Below are positions 9,821 to 18,975 of a DNA stretch of 64,000 bases, piece after piece (position 1 is the first letter of the stretch; every line of letters starts with the position of its first letter). The DNA comes from an uncultured Pedosphaera sp. Its GTDB lineage: Bacteria > Verrucomicrobiota > Verrucomicrobiia > Limisphaerales > UBA1100. Under the pieces are notes generated by a model. That model saw only the letters and a list, made by a program, of their open reading frames with translations. It made no database searches and was not told the DNA's origin. The stretch is taken from contig CAZHJW010000001.1 of NCBI GenBank assembly GCA_964533265.1, forward strand, positions 53,254-117,253, written 5' to 3'. Made by a program: the position numbers and the translations under genes.

Positions 9821-11226
9821 TTGCCACTTCTTTTGGTGTTAAAACCTCCACCTAAGGCAAGGTGTAGATCAACCCTATTATCCAGCTCTAGTTTATTAAT
9901 AGTGGTTAAGTGCATCCTGGCTTCAATAAGCCTGTTTTGCGATTCAATCAATTCATGCAAGGAACCTGTTCCAAGATTAAATCGATGTTTGGCAAGGGCT
10001 AGAAGATCGCTTGAGCCATTAACGACAGCCTTCTGATGCTTATGTTGTTCAGAGAGGTAAGCGCTTTTGTTAAGAGCGTTTTCCACTTCCCGAAAAGCAT
10101 TCATGACAATATTCCGATGATGCAAAACTTTCTCTTCAGCCAGTAATTTACTTTCGTTAACACGCTCTTTTCGCTCATCTCTCAGAAGTATATTTTGAGT
10201 AATGCTGCTGCCCATTACCCAGGTCAAAAAATTGCCATTAATTAAATCCTTAAGCTGATTGCTGGAAGTTCCCGCAGAATTGGTGAGAAATACTTGAGGC
10301 AATAACCCGGCTTTACTTTCAGCTATACGAGCATCTGCGGCCCTTATACGAAATACTGAGGCAGCTATGTCAGGTCGACGCGTCAATATATGGGAGGGAA
10401 CACCTATCGGGATAGTTTCAGGCATTCTCGGCAAGGTCTCAGCATGAGCTATTCGACCGCTAGGGTATCGGCCTAATATGATTTCGAGGGCACGGGCAAA
10501 ATGGTCTTCACGCAATAGGTATTCATTGAATTGCGCTGTCACGCTGGCTAAATTCGTTTCAGACATACGTATATCCGACGCAGCTCCACGTCCAAGTTGA
10601 TATCTTACCCCGGTCTGCTCTTTGACTATCTTAGCTGTTTGGATCAGCTCCTTGGCCAGAGAGGTTTGAATCCTAGCTTCACATAATAACAACCAACTCT
10701 TAACTACTTGAGCCGCCAAAGAATGCCGCACCGCTGAATGATCCATTTCGTTAGCTGAGAATGTAAGGCGAGCTGTTTTTTGGCTCGATCTAATGCGACC
10801 CCATAAGTCCATTTCCCATATAGTGCTTAAATTAAGGCTATAACTTTCGGATCGAGAGCTCATGATATCTTGCCCGCCAAAAGGCAGCCCAATAAAGTTA
10901 CTTTTTTTCTTTTCGCCACCGACAGATAAGCTCACTTGAGGTCTTGAGGAAAAATTTGAAAGTGATGATTGCACGCGTGCTAGTTCTAATCTTTTTGCCG
11001 ACCTCTTCAGGTCAGTATTTTTCCTTAGCGCCTCATTCACTAAAGCTGACAACTGTTCATCGTTGAAATGAATCCACCATTTTTCAGTAATGGAATTATT
11101 ATTGTCTGAAGGAATGGACCAGTTGTCGGGTGCCTTTACTGATAGTTCAGAAAGGAAATTTTCTGGACTTTGACACCCCATAAGTATCAAGAGAAAAGGA
11201 GCCAGGCCTAACAACAAACTTTTCAT
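9817..11226 (-). CDS. outer membrane efflux lipoprotein (NodT/TolC family)
   Basis: 469-aa ORF. It has a signal peptide with the lipobox LILMGC and the two-repeat TolC-like helical pattern. It overlaps the MFP gene by 4 nt and the TetR gene by 1 nt (TGATG). Confidence 0.88.
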   Translation of the reverse strand: MKSLLLGLAPFLLILMGCQSPENFLSELSVKAPDNWSIPSDNNNSITEKWWIHFNDEQLSALVNEALRKNTDLKRSAKRLELARVQSSLSNFSSRPQVSLSVGGEKKKSNFIGLPFGGQDIMSSRSESYSLNLSTIWEMDLWGRIRSSQKTARLTFSANEMDHSAVRHSLAAQVVKSWLLLCEARIQTSLAKELIQTAKIVKEQTGVRYQLGRGAASDIRMSETNLASVTAQFNEYLLREDHFARALEIILGRYPSGRIAHAETLPRMPETIPIGVPSHILTRRPDIAASVFRIRAADARIAESKAGLLPQVFLTNSAGTSSNQLKDLINGNFLTWVMGSSITQNILLRDERKERVNESKLLAEEKVLHHRNIVMNAFREVENALNKSAYLSEQHKHQKAVVNGSSDLLALAKHRFNLGTGSLHELIESQNRLIEARMHLTTINKLELDNRVDLHLALGGGFNTKRSGK

Positions 11227-11855
11227 CAGCGTGCTTTAAGCCCAGCAGTTAAAAAAACAACCAGTCGGCTGATGATTCCTTCGGTGTCGTCCGGATCACA
11301 AATGCCGCCTGACACACTGCTGATTCGTTCTGAATCGGCCATAGTGTGAGCCATGGCACCAACCAGAAAATGTAATCTCCAAAAAAAATCAATAGGCTCT
11401 AGATTTGGCAAGGCTCTTTTTAGAGCGGGCATGAATTTGGTTAGAACAGTTTCGAATTGTCTTGTAAGTAAGGCTTGAATTTTGTCATCGGGCTCAAGTA
11501 CTAACCTGCCTAAAAGCTTCATGAAGAGAGTTCCTCCTTTATCCGGATTCCGGCTCAACCTCAATGCCGGCCCAACTAATGCCTCGATAATTTTAGGTAA
11601 AGATACAACACCGCTCTTCGACCGTCTTTCGTATTCTTCCAATAGAGCCAGCCGTTCAGCGTTTAATGGAATAAGTCGGCGCGACATGACGGACTCCAAA
11701 ACGTTTTCTTTGCTTCCAAAATGATAATGAATAGCTGCTAAATTGACCTTAGCCCGTCCTGTGATCTCCCTTATGGAGGTAGCTGACACACCGTGCATTG
11801 CAAACAGGTGTTCTGCAGCATCGATAATATTTGTTTTAGTGTCGGTCTCCGGCAT
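11226..11855 (-). CDS. TetR/AcrR family transcriptional regulator
   Basis: 209-aa ORF. The N-terminal HTH is IIDAAEHLFAMHGVSATSIREITGRAKVNLAAIHYHFGSKE. It is the first gene of the efflux operon. Confidence 0.9.
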   Translation of the reverse strand: MPETDTKTNIIDAAEHLFAMHGVSATSIREITGRAKVNLAAIHYHFGSKENVLESVMSRRLIPLNAERLALLEEYERRSKSGVVSLPKIIEALVGPALRLSRNPDKGGTLFMKLLGRLVLEPDDKIQALLTRQFETVLTKFMPALKRALPNLEPIDFFWRLHFLVGAMAHTMADSERISSVSGGICDPDDTEGIISRLVVFLTAGLKAR

Positions 11856-11860
11856 AAGAA

Positions 11861-11890
11861 TAAAACGTTCGTTTAAATAAAACGTTTAAT
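11861..11890. promoter_or_regulatory. candidate TetR operator / promoter region of the efflux operon
   Basis: The sequence taaaacgttcgtttaaataaaacgtttaat lies directly upstream of the tetR start. It contains two copies of TAAAACGTT (each with the self-complementary core AACGTT) spaced 17 nt start-to-start. Repeat seen in sequence; operator function is inferred. Confidence 0.35.
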
Positions 11891-11939
11891 TATTCCAGAG
11901 CAATTGATTTGTCAATTTTTAAAGAAGGGGTTTTCTGTG

Positions 11940-12881
11940 TTAACTTAGAATGTCGCCTGCTTGAAGAGGGAAGCCGTTTAAGAATTCCGAAGCTGTCAAT
12001 ATTTTAGAGCCATGTCTTTGGAGAGTTTTAAGAAGAAGTGATTGATGTCCGCATCCGATGGTAATCCCCGTCTTATCGACTTTGAGCACATGCCCCGGCT
12101 TGCCAGAGCAATGAACGACCTCAGCAGAAATAATTTTGATCAAGCGTCTGTTCTTAGCCGGAAGATATGAAAAAATACCTGGCCAAGGCATTAAAGCCCT
12201 TAGCCTTAGGTGAATTTGCGATGCCGGCAGGCGCCAATCTACTAGCCCATCCTCTTTGGATATTTTTCTGGCGTAAGTCGCCAAGGAACCATCTTGGCTT
12301 AAAGCCGATAATTGCCCTTTTAAATACCGCGGGAGTTGCTCTCGAAGGATGTCCGCTCCTATGGCAGAAATCCGATCATGAAGATCTGCGGCCGTGTCAT
12401 TTGTTGAAATAGGGGTCTTTACCACTGAGAGGATGTCACCCGTATCCAGTCCAGCATCCATTTTCATTAGACACGCGCCTGTTTCAACGTCCCCGTTTAG
12501 AATCGCCCACTGAATAGGTGCGGCTCCTCGATGACGAGGAAGGAGTGAGGCGTGCACGTTTACAGCTCCAAATTTAGGCGTATTCAAAATGCTAGGCGGG
12601 AGAATCTGGCCATAAGCCATTACCACAATTAGATCCGCCTTCAACTCATTCAGCTCATTTAGTACGGTCTCGTTGCCGATCTTTTCGGGCTGGAGAACGC
12701 TTAACCCCAGCTGGCAGGCTAGTTTCTTAACCGGAGTCGGTTCAATTGTTTTCCCGCGGCCTACGTGCCGATCCGGCTGGGATACGACTCCCACCACTTC
12801 ACACTCAGTTAATTGGTGGAGTGCTTGCAGTGGACAGCACGCAATCTGAGGTGTGCCCATATATACGGTCCTGCATGGCAT
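11940..12881 (-). CDS. fmt: methionyl-tRNA formyltransferase
   Basis: 313-aa ORF. It has VYMGTP at the N-terminus and the formyltransferase signature VNVHASLLPRHRGAAPIQWAILNGD. Confidence 0.92.
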   Translation of the reverse strand: MPCRTVYMGTPQIACCPLQALHQLTECEVVGVVSQPDRHVGRGKTIEPTPVKKLACQLGLSVLQPEKIGNETVLNELNELKADLIVVMAYGQILPPSILNTPKFGAVNVHASLLPRHRGAAPIQWAILNGDVETGACLMKMDAGLDTGDILSVVKTPISTNDTAADLHDRISAIGADILREQLPRYLKGQLSALSQDGSLATYARKISKEDGLVDWRLPASQIHLRLRALMPWPGIFSYLPAKNRRLIKIISAEVVHCSGKPGHVLKVDKTGITIGCGHQSLLLKTLQRHGSKILTASEFLNGFPLQAGDILS

Positions 12882-12892
12882 CAGACATCAAA

Positions 12893-13480
12893 TTACAGCG
12901 TAGATATTGAATCCAGGATATCTTTCAAGACACGTATCGGCGGTTGATCCGCGTTAACATTGTGAACGAGATTTGCGGGGATCGCGTCCATTACCGACCG
13001 AGTTTCTTCTTCGTATGTTTCAAAACGATGCTTTATAACTTCGAGATTTGCATCATCAAGTCGGCTTTCAATCAAAGCACGCCTTTGAATACGCTCAATC
13101 ATTTGCTGTTTGTCTCGGCACGTAAGGTGCAATAATGCTAGAACTTCAATATAGTCCTCCATCATTTCTATTTGATGTCGGTTCCTCGGGATGCCATCGA
13201 GTAATAAAATATCATGATCCGGCTGGAAACTCCCCTTCACAGTGGCGCTCTCCATTTTTTTTTGCCACAAGGTGATGGTGAATTCATCAGGAACCAGCTC
13301 TCCACGACTGGAATAATCCAAAAAAGTTTTCCCGAGAGGGTCTTCTGGCCGTAAATTTCTAAAGGCATCGCCGCTGGCAAAATAATACCAGTTGGGGATT
13401 TGTTCCAAAATCCGACCTTGAGTGCCTTTGCCAGCACCAGGTGCTCCAAACAATAAAACTGCTCTTATTTTATTACTCAT
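12893..13480 (-). CDS. adk: adenylate kinase family protein (short-LID type, divergent)
   Basis: 195-aa ORF. It has the P-loop GAPGAGKGTQ, SGDAFRN (NMP-binding) and LLDGIPRNRHQ blocks. Confidence 0.75.
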   Translation of the reverse strand: MSNKIRAVLLFGAPGAGKGTQGRILEQIPNWYYFASGDAFRNLRPEDPLGKTFLDYSSRGELVPDEFTITLWQKKMESATVKGSFQPDHDILLLDGIPRNRHQIEMMEDYIEVLALLHLTCRDKQQMIERIQRRALIESRLDDANLEVIKHRFETYEEETRSVMDAIPANLVHNVNADQPPIRVLKDILDSISTL

Positions 13481-14670
13481 TGCGAAATGCCCGCTTCCAC
13501 CCGCACCTCTTCAATTAATTTATATTCGATTGGTTCTTCGACCCACTCGTGTCCCTGAGGGTACACGACTGATAATGATTCAGGGTCCAACCTTGATATG
13601 TGATGCACCGGGTAGATCACTTCGGGTGTTTGTATGACTAGCGATTTACCTAGCGTTGGCGACGCTTGATAAAATCGGCTAAAATATTCTGAAAAAAAAC
13701 GGTCACTAAAATGGGTTTCATTATGATGATAACGCTCCATGACGACAGGGCCTTCCACCTCTCCAGTGGCTGCTGTTATTTCTTCGATATGGGTTTCTTC
13801 CGGCTGCATCTTGTAATCATCTGCAACAGTTCCAACCACGGCAGTTGCTCCAAGTAAAAAACGGTCATTTGCCTCAGCCATGGCTTGGGCATGAGCTTCA
13901 GCCGGGTCAGGTAAAAGTAATACTATGAGTGGTATTATGATTGGAAATAACGCCGAAAGGATACAGATTGCTTTGACAGGCCGATGGCGAAAAGCTGCTA
14001 TTTCATGCCCAGAGTAAGCACTCAGACCTGATAGAATTAGAAGAAAAAAAAGGCCGCCCGGGCTCATCCAATTAATTGGACTCAATCTGCTGACAGGAGG
14101 AGCGGAAACAGAAGGGCCGGGCAGAATGTTGAAATCAACTTCCTGATTACCACTCGCTCCACTGCGCGAAGCGCTTTTAGCATTGCCATCTGCGGTTACG
14201 GTTTTTGGATGAAAACGATGAATCCGCATTGGCTTGTGCGGTAAAATTTCCTGTGCTGGACTAACTGGTAGAATCGGGTTGAAGGCTGGCGGTGCAACTG
14301 GAGCTTGGGCTGGCGGTGCAACTGGAGCTTGGGCTGGCGGTGCATCCTTCGGGGATAGGGCTAAAATCTCGGCTCTGATAAAATCAAGAAACAAGAGCCT
14401 GGTTTGGGCATCCTTCTGGATAAACGCTCGTTCTGCAGGCAATTGAGCCAACAGCGCTGAATACCCCTTCATTGAGAATTCGCTCCAACTGTAGCGAGTG
14501 TAATCTGCTTGGCCAGGCTTCAGCCTAAAAACAATCCCTTTATCATTGATAGAGGCTATGCCAACGGCGCTTACGGGCGTTCGGTCACCGGTAAGGGCAA
14601 ACTGCAATGCACCCCAAGCCGCAGGAACCCAGCCGAGCATGATGAGAATAATGAAAAACTTCCCCCTCAA
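13477..14670 (-). CDS. hypothetical membrane protein with Pro/Ala/Gln-rich tandem repeat
   Basis: 397-aa ORF. It has a signal peptide (MRGKFFIILIMLGWVPAAWGA), an about 100-aa N-terminal domain and a PPAQAPVA repeat linker. Two hydrophobic helices follow (GGLFFLLILSGLSAYSG; AICILSALFPIIIPLIVLLL), then an acidic C-terminal domain. I recognise no family. It has a 4-nt overlap with adk. Confidence 0.6.
   Translation of the reverse strand: MRGKFFIILIMLGWVPAAWGALQFALTGDRTPVSAVGIASINDKGIVFRLKPGQADYTRYSWSEFSMKGYSALLAQLPAERAFIQKDAQTRLLFLDFIRAEILALSPKDAPPAQAPVAPPAQAPVAPPAFNPILPVSPAQEILPHKPMRIHRFHPKTVTADGNAKSASRSGASGNQEVDFNILPGPSVSAPPVSRLSPINWMSPGGLFFLLILSGLSAYSGHEIAAFRHRPVKAICILSALFPIIIPLIVLLLPDPAEAHAQAMAEANDRFLLGATAVVGTVADDYKMQPEETHIEEITAATGEVEGPVVMERYHHNETHFSDRFFSEYFSRFYQASPTLGKSLVIQTPEVIYPVHHISRLDPESLSVVYPQGHEWVEEPIEYKLIEEVRVEAGISQ
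14285..14344. repeat. 24-bp perfect tandem repeat, 2.5 copies (gctggcggtgcaactggagcttgg)
   Basis: Read directly: unit 1 is 14285-14308, unit 2 is 14309-14332 and the half unit is 14333-14344. It is in frame and encodes PPAQAPVA repeats on the minus strand. Confidence 0.95.
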
Positions 14671-14704
14671 ACCTTAAAAATAATGTCATATTTATAACAT
14701 TACA

Positions 14705-16117
14705 TCAATGAAATTCATTATGTCCTAGTTCTTGGATTAATTCATTCATTCCCCAATAAGAGTTTGATCTGTCAAGAATGTCGGCGCAGCGCCCGTGTTT
14801 CCACACGCTGTACGCTGAGGCTTGGATTGTTTTGTTGTTAAACGCAGGCTGTGCCATGAGGCCAGCCAAGTAGCCAGCCAATACATCACCGCTCCCGCCC
14901 TGAGCTAAGCCTTCATTGCCAGTTGAATTAATCAGAACCGGGCCTTGGGCTTGTGTTATAATTGTATGCCTTCCCTTCAGAAGGACTGTTGCTTTATAGA
15001 GGGCGGCTAAATCGCGTGACGATTTCACTCGCTCTCTCTGGACTTGTTCTGCAGACATTCCTAGCAGACGGCCGGCTTCACCAGGGTGTGGGGTGATAAT
15101 CCTAGGTGAATCACTTGCTCCATTATTTAATGGAATCCAATCTAGGGCCGTGGCATCTACAATAATTGGTTTTTCAAATTCCTCCCATAGATTACGCGCC
15201 AGCATCTTAAGGCTGTCATCGACATTGGGGCCAGCCAGCCCGGGGCCAATGAGTATTGCTGAACTTTGATTGAGGGCATTGACACATTCTGTTCCCCACG
15301 GGTGAACCATTACACTCTGAAGATGAGAGGCAACCGCTTCATATGACGGGGTGAAGACACTTACCAATCCGGGTCGTGCTCGAAGGGCTGAACGTGCGCT
15401 TAGCACGGCAGCCCCGTGGTATCCTATTGATCCAGAAATAATAGCTAAATGGCCGTAATCACCCTTATGAGAAGCAGGGTCTCGTTCAGGGAGTGCCGAA
15501 TGCATATCTGACTCGGTAAGCCAGAATGCATCGGATTCAGGGAGTTGTTCCGATAACCCGATGTTGGCAGCGACATGGAGAGTTCCCACATATTTTGCGG
15601 ACTCATCCGAAATTAAACCGTGTTTGGGTGCCCCAAAAGTCAATGTTGTTTGCGCTATTATTGCCGCGCCACAAACCCTGCCATAGTCCGCCTCTAATCC
15701 GGAAGGACAGTCAACAGAAAGAACTGGTGAATCTGATTCATTCACCAGAGCAATCAGACGAGTCCAATCAGCATCCAGATCTCGGTTTAGTCCGATTCCG
15801 AACAGTCCATCAACAATTAATGCCGGGCGCCTCTGCAGTGTTTGCTCAAGTTTACTGAAGGCATCACGAGGACCTGTGACGACTATGAGTGAAGCATCGC
15901 GATCCCTAAGTTGTTCAGATGCAATTCGGGTATCACCCCCATTGCCCCCCTTCCCCGCTAGTAAAAGTATGAAATCTCCTGGTTCGGTTGATAAGTGAAT
16001 GGCTTTTGAAAGGCAAATGCCTGCCTTCTTCATCACAGCACCTGGGTCAACCCCTTCACCCCAAGTTCGCTCCTCCCAATCTCGCATCTGCGAGACGGAA
16101 ATGACCGGTAACGGCAT
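14705..16117 (-). CDS. nnr: bifunctional NAD(P)H-hydrate repair enzyme (epimerase + ADP-dependent dehydratase)
   Basis: 470-aa ORF. The N-terminal YjeF_N domain carries LLAGKGGNGGD. The C-terminal carbohydrate-kinase-like domain carries GGSGDVLAGYLAG. Confidence 0.88.
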   Translation of the reverse strand: MPLPVISVSQMRDWEERTWGEGVDPGAVMKKAGICLSKAIHLSTEPGDFILLLAGKGGNGGDTRIASEQLRDRDASLIVVTGPRDAFSKLEQTLQRRPALIVDGLFGIGLNRDLDADWTRLIALVNESDSPVLSVDCPSGLEADYGRVCGAAIIAQTTLTFGAPKHGLISDESAKYVGTLHVAANIGLSEQLPESDAFWLTESDMHSALPERDPASHKGDYGHLAIISGSIGYHGAAVLSARSALRARPGLVSVFTPSYEAVASHLQSVMVHPWGTECVNALNQSSAILIGPGLAGPNVDDSLKMLARNLWEEFEKPIIVDATALDWIPLNNGASDSPRIITPHPGEAGRLLGMSAEQVQRERVKSSRDLAALYKATVLLKGRHTIITQAQGPVLINSTGNEGLAQGGSGDVLAGYLAGLMAQPAFNNKTIQASAYSVWKHGRCADILDRSNSYWGMNELIQELGHNEFH

Positions 16118-16120
16118 TAC

Positions 16121-17062
16121 TTATTTGTACAATCCGGCTACTTGAGCATAGCCGTTGTATTTTATCGTTTTTACGCGCACCGGATTAGGGCCAATCATTC
16201 TCTCACTAGCTTGCGACCAACGTGGATGCGGCAAAGCAGGGTCCACGTTGGATTCAAAGGGGTATTCTTTTGGGGCCAGAGAATGCCAGAGCGTGTTCGG
16301 TTGTTTGGCTGTGAATTCAATTTTAACTATACTCTTGATACTCTTGTATCCGTATTTCCACGGAACTACTAAGCGGAGAGGTGCCCCATTTTGTTTAGGT
16401 AGGGGTTCGCCGTAGATTCCCGTAGCCATAAAACTAAGATCATTCATCGCTTCATCTAGACGCAGGCCTTCTGTATATGGCCACGGATATTGAGGGAGTC
16501 TGGCGAAGCCCGGCATTTCTTTAGGCTTCATTGCTGTGTAGAACTTAACGTACTTCGCCTCTTTTTTTGGCCCCGCCATCTTTAGGAGCTTGTTGAGCTG
16601 GTACCCTGTCCACGGGACAATCATTGACCATGCCTCCACACACCGAAACCTATATACGCGCTCTTCCAGTCCGATCTTTGTCATCATTTCGCGCGAGTCA
16701 AATTTGAATGGTTTTTCACACAAGCCCACTACGTCCACCTGCCATGGATCTGTTATAAATTTGTCTACTAGAAAGCGAACATATTCCTTGTTGGTGGAGA
16801 ATTCATAAAAGTTATTGTAGCCGGTAGCCCATCTCTTATTGGTGAGCACTACTCGTGGGTTGAATTTCTTGTTTCGCTTGGCGGGGAATAATTTCGGGGA
16901 TGCAGCCGCGTTAAGTTGATGACCCAGCGACACGCCTCCAAGACCAGCTCCGAGGCCAAGTTCTTTAATAAAACATCGCCGGTTGCGATATTCCTTTATT
17001 GGTGTAATTTCCTTTTCGTGCAGCTGCCAGTTAGGTCTGATTATGACGTTCGCCATGTACAC
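16121..17062 (-). CDS. msrP: protein-methionine-sulfoxide reductase catalytic subunit MsrP (YedY-type molybdoenzyme)
   Basis: 313-aa ORF. It has the Tat signal NRRCFIKELGLGAGLGG, GYNNFYEFSTNK and CVEAWSMIVPWTGY blocks characteristic of YedY/MsrP. Confidence 0.88.
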   Translation of the reverse strand: MYMANVIIRPNWQLHEKEITPIKEYRNRRCFIKELGLGAGLGGVSLGHQLNAAASPKLFPAKRNKKFNPRVVLTNKRWATGYNNFYEFSTNKEYVRFLVDKFITDPWQVDVVGLCEKPFKFDSREMMTKIGLEERVYRFRCVEAWSMIVPWTGYQLNKLLKMAGPKKEAKYVKFYTAMKPKEMPGFARLPQYPWPYTEGLRLDEAMNDLSFMATGIYGEPLPKQNGAPLRLVVPWKYGYKSIKSIVKIEFTAKQPNTLWHSLAPKEYPFESNVDPALPHPRWSQASERMIGPNPVRVKTIKYNGYAQVAGLYK

Positions 17063-17155
17063 AATATGGCTTATAATTTGTGAATTGGCACGCCTTTTCT
17101 GTTAAATGAATGAATTGTCGTTGCCATCAACTCAACTGCATTACAAGAATGCCGT

Positions 17156-18004
17156 GTGCCTGAACTCTCTGGTGAATACATCCGTTTACACGTAGCTAAC
17201 GCTTTAGCAGAAGACATTGGATCCGGCGATGTAACTACCAATGCATTAATTCCTGCAGATCATCAAAGTGAGGCTCGCATAATAGCTCGCGAAGATATTG
17301 TTTTATGCGGGGTATCACTAGCTCTGGCGGTGTTTCAGGAACTGGATCCTCATTGCGAAATTCACCAAATCAAAAAAGACAGCCACCAAGTTAATCAGGG
17401 GGATAATGTTATGTCCATCACCGCCTCAACAAGGGCGCTACTAACTGGCGAGCGCACGGCCTTGAATTTCATCCAAAGAATGTCCGGCATCGCCACCATT
17501 GCTGCTCTTTATGTTAATGAAGTCCGTGATTCGAATGCCTTGATCTTCGATACACGAAAAACCACTCCTGGATGGAGGCTGCTAGAAAAGTATGCAGCCC
17601 ATTGCGGGGGTGCGCAAAATCACAGACATGGGTTAGACGATATGGTCATGATCAAGGACAACCATTTGGCGTCAATGGGTGGTTCCAACCAGATTGCTAG
17701 AGCAATTGAAACAACTCAAAAACACGCCCCGGAACTTAAGGTTGAGGTTGAGGCGGACACGGTTTCCCAAGCCAAGCAGGCAGCGGATGCTGGAGCCGAT
17801 ATCGTTTTGCTGGATAATATGACGCTCGGCGAATTGCGAAGAGCCGTTTCAGTCGTCGATAACCGCTCCCAAACCGAAGCTAGTGGCGGTATCAGCTTAA
17901 GGGATATAAAGGAAATTGCCAGTATTGGAGTAAACCGTATCTCGGTCGGGGCAATAACTCACTCAGCCCCTGCGGTTGATATTTCGATGGAAATTAAGAA
18001 TTGA
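17156..18004 (+). CDS. nadC: nicotinate-nucleotide diphosphorylase (carboxylating)
   Basis: 282-aa ORF with a GTG start at 17156. LLTGERTALNFIQRMSGIAT and LLDNM blocks match the QPRTase family. Confidence 0.9.
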   Translation: MPELSGEYIRLHVANALAEDIGSGDVTTNALIPADHQSEARIIAREDIVLCGVSLALAVFQELDPHCEIHQIKKDSHQVNQGDNVMSITASTRALLTGERTALNFIQRMSGIATIAALYVNEVRDSNALIFDTRKTTPGWRLLEKYAAHCGGAQNHRHGLDDMVMIKDNHLASMGGSNQIARAIETTQKHAPELKVEVEADTVSQAKQAADAGADIVLLDNMTLGELRRAVSVVDNRSQTEASGGISLRDIKEIASIGVNRISVGAITHSAPAVDISMEIKN

Positions 18005-18975
18005 GTCCATCCGCGCAAATCTTAACAACCTTGCGAAAATCCAAACACGGAGTTTCAGGGTCCGATTTGTGCGAAATGATAGGAGTTTCTAGGGCGGCAA
18101 TATGGGCGCATATTGAAAACCTTCGAAATGCCGGATTTGAGATTATAGCCAGCCCGCATCGCGGTTACGAGCTACTTGGGTCTCCTGAGAAACTCGTGTG
18201 TGAGGATTTGGAATCTCGAATTCCCGAAAACCAAATTATCGGGAGAAAAGTCCATGTGCTGGATTCTACTACTTCTACAAATGATGACGCTGAAAAGTTC
18301 GCATCCGAGAAAGAGCCCGAAGGATTGGTTGTTTTTTCGGAATCTCAGACACGTGGGCGAGGGCGTATGGGGAGAAAATGGTCTTCTCCGGGAGGTAAAG
18401 GGCTTTGGTTTTCGATCCTCCTGCGTCCGTCACTGTCCGCAAACGAATGCACGCAACTTACCGTTGCCTCAGCAGTTTCTTTAGTTCGGGCGATCAATGA
18501 AACCACTGGCATCGAGCCTAAAATAAAATGGCCAAATGACCTGTTGATTCACAAGAAAAAAATAGCCGGAATCCTTACAGAAATGCAGGCGGAGCTGGAC
18601 TGTGTGCGACATGTAATTATCGGCGTTGGCATAGATGTAAACCAAAGCCATAGCGATTTCCCTGCCCAGCTCCGCCACATTGCCACTTCATTGAAGATTG
18701 CCTCGGGCATAACTGTAAGCCGAACAACTTTAGCCGAAGCAATTTTGCGGGAAATGGATAAGGACTACAAACGTATTTTGAGTGGTCTATTTAATGAGGT
18801 GGCACAGGAGTGGGCCAATCATTGTGAGACATTGGGCAAAGAAGTTAATATCCAGACTGGACGCAATCAAATCACCGGACGGGCTGAATCACTCGATGAA
18901 ACCGGAGCTCTACTCGTGCGCACTCAACATGGTTGTATTGAGCGGATTATTGGTGGAGATGTTGAGGTGATTTAA
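18001..18975 (+). CDS. birA: bifunctional biotin--[acetyl-CoA-carboxylase] ligase / biotin operon repressor
   Basis: 324-aa ORF with a TTG start that overlaps the nadC stop by 4 nt. It has an N-terminal winged HTH and the biotin-protein-ligase motif GRGRMGRKWSSP. Confidence 0.9.
   Translation: MSPSAQILTTLRKSKHGVSGSDLCEMIGVSRAAIWAHIENLRNAGFEIIASPHRGYELLGSPEKLVCEDLESRIPENQIIGRKVHVLDSTTSTNDDAEKFASEKEPEGLVVFSESQTRGRGRMGRKWSSPGGKGLWFSILLRPSLSANECTQLTVASAVSLVRAINETTGIEPKIKWPNDLLIHKKKIAGILTEMQAELDCVRHVIIGVGIDVNQSHSDFPAQLRHIATSLKIASGITVSRTTLAEAILREMDKDYKRILSGLFNEVAQEWANHCETLGKEVNIQTGRNQITGRAESLDETGALLVRTQHGCIERIIGGDVEVI

Noticed and set aside
14285-14344. Considered whether the 24-bp tandem repeat could be a mini CRISPR-like array or a regulatory repeat.
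   Set aside because: The units are contiguous with no spacers, are in frame, and lie inside a long ORF where they encode a Pro-rich linker. This is a coding microsatellite-type repeat.
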